Positions 9,604 to 19,830 of a stretch of 64,000 nt of DNA are shown piece after piece. Position 1 is the first letter of the stretch. Each line of letters starts with the position of its first letter. The notes under the pieces are model-generated. The model ran no database searches, was not told where the DNA came from, and worked only from the letters and a program-made list of their open reading frames with translations. The DNA comes from Verrucomicrobiia bacterium. Lineage in GTDB: Bacteria; Verrucomicrobiota; Verrucomicrobiia; Limisphaerales; UBA1319. The stretch lies in contig OY760937.1 of the NCBI GenBank assembly GCA_963664225.1, positions 224,001 to 288,000 on the forward strand, written 5' to 3'. Position numbers and translations under genes: made by a program.

Positions 9604-12138
9604 ATGTTCGATGCATCTGGGTCCCAATCTCGCGCCAGTGTCAGTGGCAAAGGATTTCGCGCGAATGGGAAAAAGCTATTTTTAAAGGGTCTCACGTATG
9701 GTCCGTTTGCTCCAAACGGCGGGTGGGATTGCTTTGCCTCACCTGAACAGACGAAACTCGATTTTACCCAGATTCAGGAGGCGGGGGTCAATCTGCTCCG
9801 GATTTATCATGTGCCTCCCGCCTGGTTTCTTTCGCTGGCAGCGGAACACAAGCTGTGGCTCTTAATTGATATTCCATGGAACCAGCAAACCTGCTTTTTG
9901 GACGATTTTCAGGCGAAACAGGAGGCATGCAATGCCGTACGGGAGGCTGTGCAAGCCTGTGTCGGGCAGTCGGCTGTTTTCGGTTTTAGCGTGGTAAATG
10001 AGATTCCGGCGGACATTGTGCGCTGGAGCGGCGCAGCCGCTGTGAGCGATTTTATCGATGAATTGGTGAAGGTGGCCAAGGCTGAGGATCCTGGGTGCCT
10101 GTGTACCTTCGCGAATTTTCCCACCACGGAGTATTTGAGGCCCAGGACGATTGATTTCTGGTGTTTCAATGTATATTTGCGGCAGCCCAAGCCCTTTGAG
10201 AACTATCTGGACCGGCTGCAAATGATCGCGGATGGCAAGCCCCTGGTCCTGGGTGAATTTGGAGTCGACTCGGTAAGGGAAGGGGAGGACAGCCAGGCGC
10301 AAATTGTGGGATTGCAGATCGAAAAGGCGTTTCGCGCGGGTTTGGCAGGGGCCATCCTATATAGCTATACGGACGAATGGTATAAAGACGGCCGGGAGAT
10401 CCTGGACTGGGGATTCGGCTTAACCGACCGCCTGCGTCAGCCCAAACCGGCTTGGAATGTGATGCGGGAACAATACTGGCAGGCTCCTTATTTCCCCCTG
10501 GCTCGCGTGCCATCAGTGAGCGTGGTGGTTTCCTGCTACAACGGTGCAAGCACGCTGCCCAACTGCCTGGAATCCTTGCAGCGGCTTCGGTATTCTGATT
10601 TCGAGATTATTCTGGTGGATGACGGTTCCATGGATGGTTCGGCGGCCATTGCCGCCCAATTCAAATCGGTGCGTTTGGTGCAACACCAGACCAATCTGGG
10701 CTTGTCTGTTGCCAGAAACACGGGAATCGAGGCGGCGCGTGGGGAGATTGTGGCTTTTACCGATGCGGACTGCCGCGTGGATGAAGATTGGCTCTATTAC
10801 GTGGTGGGCGCTTTATTGGGCGGCCAGTTTGTGGGAATGGGCGGCCATAATTTGCTGCCACCCGATGATTCCTGGGTGGCCGCAGCGGTCATGGTATCGC
10901 CAGGCGGTCCGGCGCATGTGATGGAAACCGACGTTGTGGCCGAGCACATTCCGGGCTGCAACATGGTATTTTACAAGTGGGCTCTGGAGGAAATTGGAGG
11001 ATTCGATCCGGTGTTTCGCCAGGCGGGGGATGACGTGGACCTTTGCTGGAGGCTGCAGGAGCGGGGTTATAAAATCGGATTCAGCGCATCCGGGTTTGTC
11101 TGGCACTATCGCAGATCGACGGTGAAAGCCTATTTGCGCCAGCAATATGGCTATGGTGAGGCGGAGGCGTTGCTGGTGCGCAAGCATCCGGAGCGGTTTA
11201 GTTGGTTTGGCGGCAGCGTCTGGCATGGGCGGATTTATTCGCAGGCCAATTTCGGCCTCTTATTTCACGCGCCGCGCATTTATCACGGCCCGTTTGGCAG
11301 CGGTTTTTTCCAATCGCTCTATGCGGCGCAACCGGAATTGACGGCCATGTTTTTTACCAGCCTCGAATACATCACGCTGGTGGTGTTGCCGCTTTGTGTT
11401 CTGGCTACGGCCTTTCATTTTCTCCTGGCGCCGGCCTTGATCGCATTAGTAATTCCGGCGTGTGTTTACACTGCGGCGGCCACGCAAGCGGGGTTGTCCC
11501 GTGAAAAACGCCGTTTTTGGTCCCGCCCTCTGGTGGCGATGCTTTTTGGATTGCAACCTTTGGTTCGTGGCTGGGCCCGTTACCACGGTCGCCTGAGTTT
11601 TCATGGGAAACCGTTGTCCGCTCACGAAACGCTCGATTCGATGAACTTGCGGGGACAGGGCTATGAGTTTGGCGAGGTGGCCTTTTGGACGGACATCCAT
11701 GCACCGCGTGAAAAATTCCTTCATGCCTTGCTGGAGCAATTGGAGCGGTCGGCATGGGAATATCGGCCCGACGCGGGATGGAATCGTTACGATGTTAAAA
11801 TAAGAGGCAGCCGATGGAGCCGACTTCACCTGATGACCGTGTCCGAGGCGCATGGCGACGGCAAATATCTCATTCGATGCCGGTTGAACGCGGCATGGAC
11901 TTTTTTATCACGCATCCTGCTCTACCTCCTATTCGGAGGCCTGGTGTTGCTTATGGGGTTGTGGGGTCCAAAACCACTTTGGCATTGGCTGGTGTTCCTA
12001 AGCGTGGCGGGTCCGGTTGGATGGCTCTGGCAACAAAACCGGAATCTGCAGAGGGTTTTTTCGGTGTTTTTAGATGAAGTGGCCAAATCGCTAAACATGG
12101 TTCGCGCGAAACCGACGGAGTTGGAGTCGAAAAAGTAG
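9604..12138 (+). CDS. Clan GH-A (GH2-like) TIM barrel fused to a GT2 glycosyltransferase with a C-terminal membrane domain
   Basis: N-terminal LRIYH, VVNE and LGEFG (GH-A catalytic glutamates); then VDDGS, FTDAD, GCNM, GGFD, GDDVD; then TM helices. Confidence 0.85.
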   Translation: MFDASGSQSRASVSGKGFRANGKKLFLKGLTYGPFAPNGGWDCFASPEQTKLDFTQIQEAGVNLLRIYHVPPAWFLSLAAEHKLWLLIDIPWNQQTCFLDDFQAKQEACNAVREAVQACVGQSAVFGFSVVNEIPADIVRWSGAAAVSDFIDELVKVAKAEDPGCLCTFANFPTTEYLRPRTIDFWCFNVYLRQPKPFENYLDRLQMIADGKPLVLGEFGVDSVREGEDSQAQIVGLQIEKAFRAGLAGAILYSYTDEWYKDGREILDWGFGLTDRLRQPKPAWNVMREQYWQAPYFPLARVPSVSVVVSCYNGASTLPNCLESLQRLRYSDFEIILVDDGSMDGSAAIAAQFKSVRLVQHQTNLGLSVARNTGIEAARGEIVAFTDADCRVDEDWLYYVVGALLGGQFVGMGGHNLLPPDDSWVAAAVMVSPGGPAHVMETDVVAEHIPGCNMVFYKWALEEIGGFDPVFRQAGDDVDLCWRLQERGYKIGFSASGFVWHYRRSTVKAYLRQQYGYGEAEALLVRKHPERFSWFGGSVWHGRIYSQANFGLLFHAPRIYHGPFGSGFFQSLYAAQPELTAMFFTSLEYITLVVLPLCVLATAFHFLLAPALIALVIPACVYTAAATQAGLSREKRRFWSRPLVAMLFGLQPLVRGWARYHGRLSFHGKPLSAHETLDSMNLRGQGYEFGEVAFWTDIHAPREKFLHALLEQLERSAWEYRPDAGWNRYDVKIRGSRWSRLHLMTVSEAHGDGKYLIRCRLNAAWTFLSRILLYLLFGGLVLLMGLWGPKPLWHWLVFLSVAGPVGWLWQQNRNLQRVFSVFLDEVAKSLNMVRAKPTELESKK

Positions 12139-12203
12139 GCGGTTGCTCACGGTGCGCAGGCCCACCGTTTGCGGAATGCTTGACGCCTGACCAATGGCCG
12201 GTT

Positions 12204-12932
12204 CTATTCAGCCGGGGTCAATTCCATCTCCGGCGAGCAATAGAGAATGCGGCCGCAGTTGGGGCAAAGGACTGGCTCATCCTCGGATTGGCAACTGATG
12301 ATGACCTGAGGGGGCAATTGCATGTGGCATCCGCCGCAAACGCTGTGGGCCACGCCGACAATGGCCCTGTCTCCCTTTTGTTTGAGAAGACGCTCGTAGC
12401 GCAGACGCGCGTTATCATCGACGGCTTTTGCCAATTCCGCCCTATCGCTCTGCAGTTGGGCCAATTCCTTGTTAAAATTCTCTTCGCGCTGTGCGAGATT
12501 CTTGATCTTGGATTCCACATCAGCTTGCGCGCCTTTGGCAACGATGGCTGCAGCCGCCAATTCTTTTTGAACGGCGTCCGCTTTTTCCATCCACTCCAAC
12601 TGTGAATCCTCTTGGGCGGCAATATTCTTGCGGCAGGTTTCGATTTGCTGGCCGAAGGCGCGGTATTCGTCGTTCTTCTTGGTCTGATATTGCTGAAGCG
12701 AATACTTTTCGATCAATTGATTTTGGGATTTGACCTCAAGTTCGGCTTTGTTCCGTTCCGCCTCAATGTGCTTGAGCTTGGTTTTGGCGGTCTCAAGACC
12801 TGATTGCGCCGAGGAGAGCATGCTGTTGAGCATGGCACGTTGCGGCTCCAGGTTGGCCAATTCACTTTGGATTTGTAGAATTTGGCGGTCCCTTTCCTGA
12901 AGGACCAACAGTTTTGTCAAAACGTTTAACAT
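12204..12932 (-). CDS. Coiled-coil protein with C4-type zinc ribbon (CT398/DUF164-like)
   Basis: Long coiled coil, CGGCHM and CPNCGRIL. ATG at 12932 chosen as the start. Confidence 0.9.
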   Translation of the reverse strand: MLNVLTKLLVLQERDRQILQIQSELANLEPQRAMLNSMLSSAQSGLETAKTKLKHIEAERNKAELEVKSQNQLIEKYSLQQYQTKKNDEYRAFGQQIETCRKNIAAQEDSQLEWMEKADAVQKELAAAAIVAKGAQADVESKIKNLAQREENFNKELAQLQSDRAELAKAVDDNARLRYERLLKQKGDRAIVGVAHSVCGGCHMQLPPQVIISCQSEDEPVLCPNCGRILYCSPEMELTPAE

Positions 12933-13099
12933 GAAATACAATCTCAAGATAGAGAGCCACGATGGACAAGTCAATATTGGTTGAGAAGCCGATTTTAGCC
13001 TGATTTAAGGCGGGCCTGACCTCTGTTTTTCGCATTGATCCTGGCGGCGGAACGGCGGGTTCAAGACGCGCAAGCCTTGAGCTGGCAAAGTGTTGGGTG

Positions 13100-13273
13100 G
13101 GGCAATGTTGGAGGTGCCCTTTGGGTCCGCAATTACTTTTATCCTTAACCCCTTCCTTTATTGAACGAATCCGCAGGAAGGAGGTTCTAATACAATGTAC
13201 CGAGGATTTATCGGCAAACAGCCTCCCTGCTGATTCCCGGTTAGGCGCCAGCCAACGGGGCTGGCGCTTTTTT
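13100..13273 (+). ncRNA. Candidate 6S RNA (SsrS)-like structured RNA
   Basis: Nested pairings: GGAGG(13110-14)/CCTCC(13222-26), TGCC/GGCA, TGGGTCC/GGATTTA (G-U pairs), a large A/U-rich central bubble, then AACC-CCTTCCT/AGGAAGG-A-GGTT. Ends in an intrinsic terminator; about 175 nt. Confidence 0.6.
13243..13273 (+). terminator. Rho-independent terminator
   Basis: GCGCCAGCC-aacgg-GGCTGGCGC followed by TTTTTT. Confidence 0.85.
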
Positions 13274-13324
13274 ACGTCGAACTCCTTCTTGTAGTTTGCC
13301 TCACGCTCGGTTACTAAAACGGGT

Positions 13325-14377
13325 ATGCGCTTTATCGGCGGAGTCTATGAGAAATTGCAGCGGCATCCCAAAAGGATAGTTTTTCCTGAGGGCGCGGAAC
13401 CACGCATCATCCAGGCGGCGCGGCAATTCTATTCTTTGCGCCTTGGAGTGCCGATATTATTGGGGGATCGCGCCCGGGTGAAGATGGCTGCGGAGAGCTT
13501 GAATGTGTCGTTGGAGGGCGTTCGGATCATCAATCCCGCAGAGAGTGAGGATTTGGAGACTTTCGGAAAGCGGTATGAGCTGTTGCGCCGGTATCGTGGT
13601 CTAGATGAGAAAGAGGCGCGGGAAACCATGATGAAGCCCAATTATTACGGGGCCATGATGGTGGCCATGCATCAGGCCGATGGTTTGGTCTCAGGCACCA
13701 ACGAGGTGATTGGAAGTGTTTTGCGGCCCTTGTTCCAAATCATCAAAGTCGCGCCGCAAACCAAAACCGCTGCCAGTTGCATGGTGATGGAATTTGCGGA
13801 CACCCGGTTTGGGGAAAATGGGGTGATGTTCATGGCAGATTGCGGTGTGATTCCTGAACCGACTGTTGAAGAACTGGCGGATATCGCGGTGGATACCGCG
13901 CGGCTGGCGCGCCAGATATTAGGGGTAAGGCCCAGGGTGGCCCTTCTTTCCTACAGCACCAAGGGTAGCGCCACGCATCCGACCATCGGCAAGGTGCAGG
14001 CGGCCACGGCGTTGGCGGAGCAACGGGCCCACGAAAAGATGCTGGAGGCTGATTTCGAGGGCGAATTGCAGGTGGACGCCGCCCTTGTGCCGGAGATTGC
14101 GGAACGCAAGGTGCCGGACAACAAGGTGGCAGGTCGGGCCAATGTGCTCATTTTCCCTGATTTGAATTCGGGCAATATCGCAAGCCGCCTTGTTCAATAC
14201 GTGTCTCGGGCCAATGCGTATGGTCAAATTCTGCTCGGATTGGACCGTCCGGCAGCCGACGTTTCCCGTGGGGCCTCGGCTCATGATATTCTGGGTGTGG
14301 CAGCGATCGTTGGAATCCAATCCATTGATTATCATAAGCTCTATCCAGGAGCCGGCGAACGATTGCCTGGAGAATAA
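13325..14377 (+). CDS. pta: Phosphate acetyl/acyltransferase (PTA_PTB family)
   Basis: RIVFPEG, ADGLVSG, ADCGV, LSYSTKGS, EGELQVDAA, FPDLNSGNI, DVSRG. Confidence 0.85.
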   Translation: MRFIGGVYEKLQRHPKRIVFPEGAEPRIIQAARQFYSLRLGVPILLGDRARVKMAAESLNVSLEGVRIINPAESEDLETFGKRYELLRRYRGLDEKEARETMMKPNYYGAMMVAMHQADGLVSGTNEVIGSVLRPLFQIIKVAPQTKTAASCMVMEFADTRFGENGVMFMADCGVIPEPTVEELADIAVDTARLARQILGVRPRVALLSYSTKGSATHPTIGKVQAATALAEQRAHEKMLEADFEGELQVDAALVPEIAERKVPDNKVAGRANVLIFPDLNSGNIASRLVQYVSRANAYGQILLGLDRPAADVSRGASAHDILGVAAIVGIQSIDYHKLYPGAGERLPGE

Positions 14378-14412
14378 TTTATTTTTGAGGAAATAATTCA
14401 AAAGGAAACATC

Positions 14413-15516
14413 ATGTCATTGGCAATTGCGCTTAATCCCGCCCTGGAGAAACTGCCGGTTTACTTGCCGGGCCGCCCGATTACGGAGGTGGCGCGGGAGT
14501 TGGGGCTCGATCCCGCTAACGTTATCAAGCTGGCTTCCAACGAGAATTCCATGGGGCCATCCCCTCTGGCGATCAAGGCTATGCAGGAGGTGCTTACGTC
14601 CCTGCACCAGTATCCGGATGGTAACGCTTTTTATCTCAAGGAACGTCTTTCCAAGAAAATGGGGGTTCCATCCAACCAGCTTACTGTGGGCAATGGGTCT
14701 AATGAATTGCTCGAGCTGGTCGGACACGCCATATTGGGACCAGAGGACGAAGTGGTGGTGTCTCAATACAGTTTTGCGGTTTATCCGATTGTGACCCAGT
14801 TGTTTGGAGCGCACCTTGTCACAGTGCCGGCGCGCGATTACGGTCATGATCTTCCGGCCATGATCAAGGCGGTCACTTCCCGGACCAAAATCATGTTCGT
14901 GGCCAATCCGAATAACCCCACAGGTACCCTGGCATCCCGGGCCGAGGTGCTTCAGTTGATTCATGAAGTTCCGTCTCATGTGCTCGTGGTCATGGATGAG
15001 GCCTATATCGATTATCTGGACGATGCGCCTGATTTTCTTCCCTACGTGCGCAGCGGGCGGCATCCGAATCTGTTGTTGTGCCGCACCTTTTCGAAGATTT
15101 ATGGCCTGGCAGGTTTGCGCCTGGGTTATGCCATGGGACATCCCGAGATGATTGCGGCGCTTGAAAAAGTCCGGCAGCCTTTTAACACCAACATGGTCGC
15201 CCAGATAGGGGCCCTGGCGGCATTGGATGATGTGGCTCACCTTGAAAAAACGCGCAAAAACAACAAAGCGGGCCTGGCTCTTTACGAAAAGGCCTTTAAA
15301 CGACACAAGCTGGCGTATGTTCCATCCTTCGCAAACTTCATCCTGGTCAAAGTGGGGGATGGCCAGAAGGTGAGTGGTGAACTTCAGAAGTTGGGGGTTA
15401 TCACCCGCCCGGTGAATAATTATCAATTGCCGGAGTGGCTGCGGATCACGGTGGGCACCGCTGCTGAAAACGAGAGATGTCTGGCGGCGTTGGAAAAAGT
15501 CTTGAGCCGCTCGTAG
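14413..15516 (+). CDS. hisC: Second histidinol-phosphate/aromatic aminotransferase paralog
   Basis: KLASNEN, YPDG, GNGSNE, NPNNPTG, DEAY, RTFSKIYGLAGLRLGY. Confidence 0.9.
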   Translation: MSLAIALNPALEKLPVYLPGRPITEVARELGLDPANVIKLASNENSMGPSPLAIKAMQEVLTSLHQYPDGNAFYLKERLSKKMGVPSNQLTVGNGSNELLELVGHAILGPEDEVVVSQYSFAVYPIVTQLFGAHLVTVPARDYGHDLPAMIKAVTSRTKIMFVANPNNPTGTLASRAEVLQLIHEVPSHVLVVMDEAYIDYLDDAPDFLPYVRSGRHPNLLLCRTFSKIYGLAGLRLGYAMGHPEMIAALEKVRQPFNTNMVAQIGALAALDDVAHLEKTRKNNKAGLALYEKAFKRHKLAYVPSFANFILVKVGDGQKVSGELQKLGVITRPVNNYQLPEWLRITVGTAAENERCLAALEKVLSRS

Positions 15517-15538
15517 GAATTGGCAAGTTTGCATTGAA

Positions 15539-16819
15539 ATGAAACCGACGGATTTGCGGGGCATCCTTCAATATATTCCCCGATTCAGGGATAAAATATT
15601 TGTCATCAGCGTCGATGGCGCGATTGTGACTGGGGAGAACTTTGCCAACATCCTTCTGGATGTCGCGGTACTGCGTTCGCTGAATATTCCGGTTGTGCTG
15701 GCGCACGGGGCCTCAGCGCAAATTCGGACCCTCGGGGATCAGGCGGGAGTCACGCCCTCGGATTTGGACGGCACCGGAATCACGGATGAAGTAACTCTGA
15801 AGCTGGCGCTGACGGCGGCCAACCGTCTGACGCACGAAATTTTGGAGGGAATATCGGCCACAGATTTGCGGGCGGCTTATCCCAATGCCATCATCGCGCA
15901 TCCCATGGGCATCATTCACGGGGTGGATCATCAATTTACAGGGAAAATTGAGCGCGTAGATGTCGAACTGCTTCAAACGCTGCTCAACCAGGGGATTGTG
16001 CCGGTCATGCCTCCTTTGGGGTTTGATGGCGAGGGCAAGACTTACCGGGTGAATTCCGATAGCGTGGCGGTGGCGGTGGCGGTGGCCCTTAAGGCGACGA
16101 AGCTGATTTTTATCACCACTTTCGACGGTATTTATCACCAGGGCCAGCTCATTCGACAGATGATCGTGCAGGATTTGGACGAATTGCTGAGTGCCAGAAA
16201 GAATGAGATTCCGGCCGAAATAGCGTCCAAGGCAATGCATGCGGCCGATGCGTGCCGGAACGGCATACCGCGGGTGCATATCATCAATGGACAGGTCGAT
16301 GATGGATTGTTATCCGAAGTGTTTTCCAATGAGGGTATTGGTACGCTGATTTACGCCAACGAATATCAACAAGTCCGGCGGGCATTGAAGAAGGATGTGC
16401 GCAATCTGCTGATCATGACGCGGCGCTCCGTTGTGGCGGAGGAACTGGTCAAGCGCACCTATGCGATGATCGAGAAGCAGATCGGCGACTTTTATATTTT
16501 TGAAATCGATCGCAATCCCGTGGCTTGTGTCGCGCTCCATCAGTATCCCGAATATGGCAAGGGCGAGCTGGCCTGTTTGTGTGTCGAGTCCTCTCACGAA
16601 AACCAGGGCATCGGACGCAAGCTGATTCAGTTTGTTGAGAACAAAGCCCGGGAACTGGGATTGCAGGAGTTGCTTGTGCTTTCCACACAGGCCTTCACCT
16701 ATTTCCAATCCAAGGGAGGCTTTTTTGAGGGCACGCCTGACGATCTGCCGCCGTCTCGACGTGAGAAATACGACCAGAGCGGGCGGATGTCCAAGGTTCT
16801 CATCAAGAAACTCAAGTGA
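15539..16819 (+). CDS. argA: Amino-acid N-acetyltransferase (N-acetylglutamate synthase; kinase-like plus GNAT domains)
   Basis: YIPRFRDKIFV, GVDHQFTG, EVFSNEGIGT, GELACL...QGIG, QSGRMSK. Confidence 0.92.
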   Translation: MKPTDLRGILQYIPRFRDKIFVISVDGAIVTGENFANILLDVAVLRSLNIPVVLAHGASAQIRTLGDQAGVTPSDLDGTGITDEVTLKLALTAANRLTHEILEGISATDLRAAYPNAIIAHPMGIIHGVDHQFTGKIERVDVELLQTLLNQGIVPVMPPLGFDGEGKTYRVNSDSVAVAVAVALKATKLIFITTFDGIYHQGQLIRQMIVQDLDELLSARKNEIPAEIASKAMHAADACRNGIPRVHIINGQVDDGLLSEVFSNEGIGTLIYANEYQQVRRALKKDVRNLLIMTRRSVVAEELVKRTYAMIEKQIGDFYIFEIDRNPVACVALHQYPEYGKGELACLCVESSHENQGIGRKLIQFVENKARELGLQELLVLSTQAFTYFQSKGGFFEGTPDDLPPSRREKYDQSGRMSKVLIKKLK

Positions 16820-17385
16820 ATCCCGTTTATTTGTCGCTGGCAGATTTTACGAGAAACTGTCGCCGAGTGGGGGTTCTGCCCACGCAATGGCTGCTTGTGG
16901 CGGTCGTTCAGGATCAAGCCCTATATTTGTTGAAGCGCTTTCAATCGTCAGCTATCACCGCAACCCGGTGGAATTGGCGGTTGCTTAAGCGATATAGGAT
17001 GTCCAGTTCAAGAGTTGGAATCGGCCAGGCGGAGGGATCGAATCGAACTCCGATGGGATTACATCGCATCGCGGAAAAAATTGGCGACGGATATCCGCCG
17101 GGAACGGTATTCGAGGGGCGCGTTCCAGTGGGCTGGACCTGGCAGGGAAAACCGGATGCGGCGATCGCAAATCGAATCCTATGGCTGCAGGGTTTGGAAC
17201 CTGGTGTGAACCAGGGCGGGGGCGTCGATACGCACGCGCGGTATATCTACATTCACGGGGTGGGGGATGAGACCACGCTGGGCCGACCTGCCTCGAGAGG
17301 CTGTCTGCACATGGCTGCGTCGGATTTGATCCCGTTATACGATCGGATTCCTTCCGGCACATTGGTATGGATTGTGGAACGGTGA
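16816..17385 (+). CDS. L,D-transpeptidase (YkuD) family protein
   Basis: TPMGLHRI, RILWL, and the catalytic IYIHG...ASRGC His/Cys motif. Confidence 0.88.
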   Translation: MNPVYLSLADFTRNCRRVGVLPTQWLLVAVVQDQALYLLKRFQSSAITATRWNWRLLKRYRMSSSRVGIGQAEGSNRTPMGLHRIAEKIGDGYPPGTVFEGRVPVGWTWQGKPDAAIANRILWLQGLEPGVNQGGGVDTHARYIYIHGVGDETTLGRPASRGCLHMAASDLIPLYDRIPSGTLVWIVER

Positions 17386-17611
17386 ATGGATTTGCGGAAT
17401 CTTAATATTCTTCCGGGCGGCATTGCATAATAATTGCCGCTTTTGCCCTTTCAGAGCTGTTGATTCTGGAATAAGTTCTCCCCGCGTTGGTTGTTTCAAT
17501 GAAATGTTGTGACGATCGATGGAAGTTCAATGTTCGATTGGCAGGCTGGGAAGGGAAATCGGCCTGGTGGCATGTGTGGCGTTGGAATGGTAAAATTCAG
17601 ATAATTAAATT

Positions 17612-19750
17612 ATGAGTGATGGTCCATTGACGACGGCGGAATTGAAGGAATTAACAACCGGATTAAACCTGATGGCGCGCAACCTCTGGTGGACCTGGAG
17701 TTTGGAGGCTCAGGAAGTTTTTCAAGAGCTTTCGCCGCGCACCTGGCAAAACCTCTACCACAACGCAGTGGCCATCTTGCATGAAGTCTCGGATTACGAG
17801 CTGCGGGTGCGGTTGCAGGATTGCGCATTTGCCAGGAAGGTCCGCGATGTCCTGAAGCGTTTCAACGAATACATGACGGAAAAGAATACGTGGGCCAAAG
17901 CTCACGCCTCTTCGTTGATTCCCAATCCAGTGGCTTATTTTTCCGCCGAATTTGGCTTTCATGAAACCCTTCCGATTACCGCGGGCGGTTTGGGAATTCT
18001 TGCGGGGGACCATGCCAAAGCCGCGAGCGATCTGGGCCTGGGCTTTGTGGGCATCAGTCTTTTTTATCGTTTCGGATATTTTCAACAGGCCATCAATCAG
18101 GAAAACTGGCAGACCGAGTACTACACCCTGCTCAATCCGCGCAATCTGCCCATTGAGCCGGTGTTCGATGCTCGTGGGGATCAATTGAAGCTCTCGGTGG
18201 AAATCGACATGAGCCGCGTTAATTTCCAGGTCTGGAAAGTGAATGTGGGTCGTGGCGTGGTGTACTTGATCGACGCGAATCTTCCAGAGAATGACCAGCA
18301 TTACAGGGATTTGACGGCGCGGGTTTACGGTGGGGACACAACCGTTCGCATCATGCAGGAAATGCTTTTGGGCATTGGAGGAGTGCGTGTGTTGCGGGCG
18401 CTGGGAATTCAGCCATCGGTATTCCATATGAACGAAGGGCACTCGGCCTTTTTGGCGTTGGAATTGATGCGTGAGAAAATGGCGGAAGGGAAGAATTCCA
18501 AGGATGCCCTGGAGTGGGTTAAAAAGCAGTGCGTATTCACCACCCACACGCCAGTTGAGGCCGGGCACGACCGTTTTCAAAAGGATTTGGTGGCGTATGC
18601 CATGGGCAAATTCCAAAAGCATCTCAAGCTGTCGATCAATGAGTTGATGGCGCTGGGGCGGGTGCATCCGCAAAACGAGGCGGAGCCGTTTTGCATGACG
18701 GTGCTGGCGCTTAAAGCGTCACGTTCTGCCAATGGCGTCAGCGAATTGCATGGGCAGGTGAGCCGGCGGATGTGGCGTTCCCTCTATCCGGGTCTGACCG
18801 AGGAGCAAGTGCCCATTGGACACATCACCAACGGCATTCATGTGCTGGGATGGATGAAGGGGAGAAACCGGCATTTCTGGCGTGAGAAGCTCGGAGCGCA
18901 ATGGGAAACCAAAATCAACGATCAGGAGACGTGGAATAAGATCGCGGACCCCAATTTCATCAGCGATGAGGAGCTTTGGGCGTTTCGCTACGCCATGCGC
19001 CGCGAATTGATTGAGTTTGCGCGTCGGCGGTTGTTGATGCAGGACCGGCGGTTGACCGAGAGTGATTTTATAACATTCGATCACCTGCTAAATCCCGACG
19101 CGTTGACCATTGGTTTTGCGCGTCGATTTGCCACTTACAAACGCGCGCCGCTGATTTTCCAGAGGTATGATGACATTGTCAAACTGGTGAAGGATGAACA
19201 ACGACCTGTGCAGTTCATCTTTGCAGGCAAGGCGCATCCGCACGATGAGGACGGCAAGCGATTCATTCAGCAAATCATCCATTTGAGCAAGCATTCGGAG
19301 TTGAAGGGACACCTGGTTTTTCTGGAGAACTACGATGTGCATGTAGCCCGCCAGTTGGTTGCCGGCTGCGATGTGTGGCTTAATAATCCGCGCCGTCCGC
19401 TGGAAGCTTCGGGCACAAGCGGTCAGAAGGCCGGATGCCATGGATGCTTGAATTTCAGCATTATGGATGGATGGTGGCGTGAGGGATACGATGGCACCAA
19501 TGGCTTTTCCATCGGTGACGATACTCATCCGGATTCCGTGGCCGAGCAGGACCGACGGGATAGCGAGAACCTCTTCCGCACGTTAACCGAGGAGGTCATA
19601 CCCAGTTTCTATGAACGGGATGCCATGGGCGTTCCACGGCAATGGATCGCCCGGATACGCCGGGCAATGGTCACATTGGTTCCCCGCTACAGCACCTGGC
19701 GCATGGTGCAGGAATATACCGAAAGATATTATCTGACGCACGAGTCCTGA
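17612..19750 (+). CDS. glgP: Alpha-glucan (glycogen/starch) phosphorylase
   Basis: NLWWTW, AYFSAEFG, GGLGILAGD, HMNEGH, FTTHTP, ARRFATYKR, EASGTSGQK. Confidence 0.96.
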   Translation: MSDGPLTTAELKELTTGLNLMARNLWWTWSLEAQEVFQELSPRTWQNLYHNAVAILHEVSDYELRVRLQDCAFARKVRDVLKRFNEYMTEKNTWAKAHASSLIPNPVAYFSAEFGFHETLPITAGGLGILAGDHAKAASDLGLGFVGISLFYRFGYFQQAINQENWQTEYYTLLNPRNLPIEPVFDARGDQLKLSVEIDMSRVNFQVWKVNVGRGVVYLIDANLPENDQHYRDLTARVYGGDTTVRIMQEMLLGIGGVRVLRALGIQPSVFHMNEGHSAFLALELMREKMAEGKNSKDALEWVKKQCVFTTHTPVEAGHDRFQKDLVAYAMGKFQKHLKLSINELMALGRVHPQNEAEPFCMTVLALKASRSANGVSELHGQVSRRMWRSLYPGLTEEQVPIGHITNGIHVLGWMKGRNRHFWREKLGAQWETKINDQETWNKIADPNFISDEELWAFRYAMRRELIEFARRRLLMQDRRLTESDFITFDHLLNPDALTIGFARRFATYKRAPLIFQRYDDIVKLVKDEQRPVQFIFAGKAHPHDEDGKRFIQQIIHLSKHSELKGHLVFLENYDVHVARQLVAGCDVWLNNPRRPLEASGTSGQKAGCHGCLNFSIMDGWWREGYDGTNGFSIGDDTHPDSVAEQDRRDSENLFRTLTEEVIPSFYERDAMGVPRQWIARIRRAMVTLVPRYSTWRMVQEYTERYYLTHES

Positions 19751-19830
19751 CGGACATTTGTTGGGTGGAGATTGCAGTCGCACGGCCTTTGGCGCCCGAC
19801 GCGTCAAGGCCCGGCGATTTACCATTATCT

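Noticed and set aside
12975..13324. RNase P RNA, tmRNA or tRNA in this spacer, or the 65-aa ORF 13097-13294
   Set aside because: No GAGGAAAGUCC-type RNase P core, no tRNA-like ends or T-loop. The ORF lacks an RBS and runs through the terminator.
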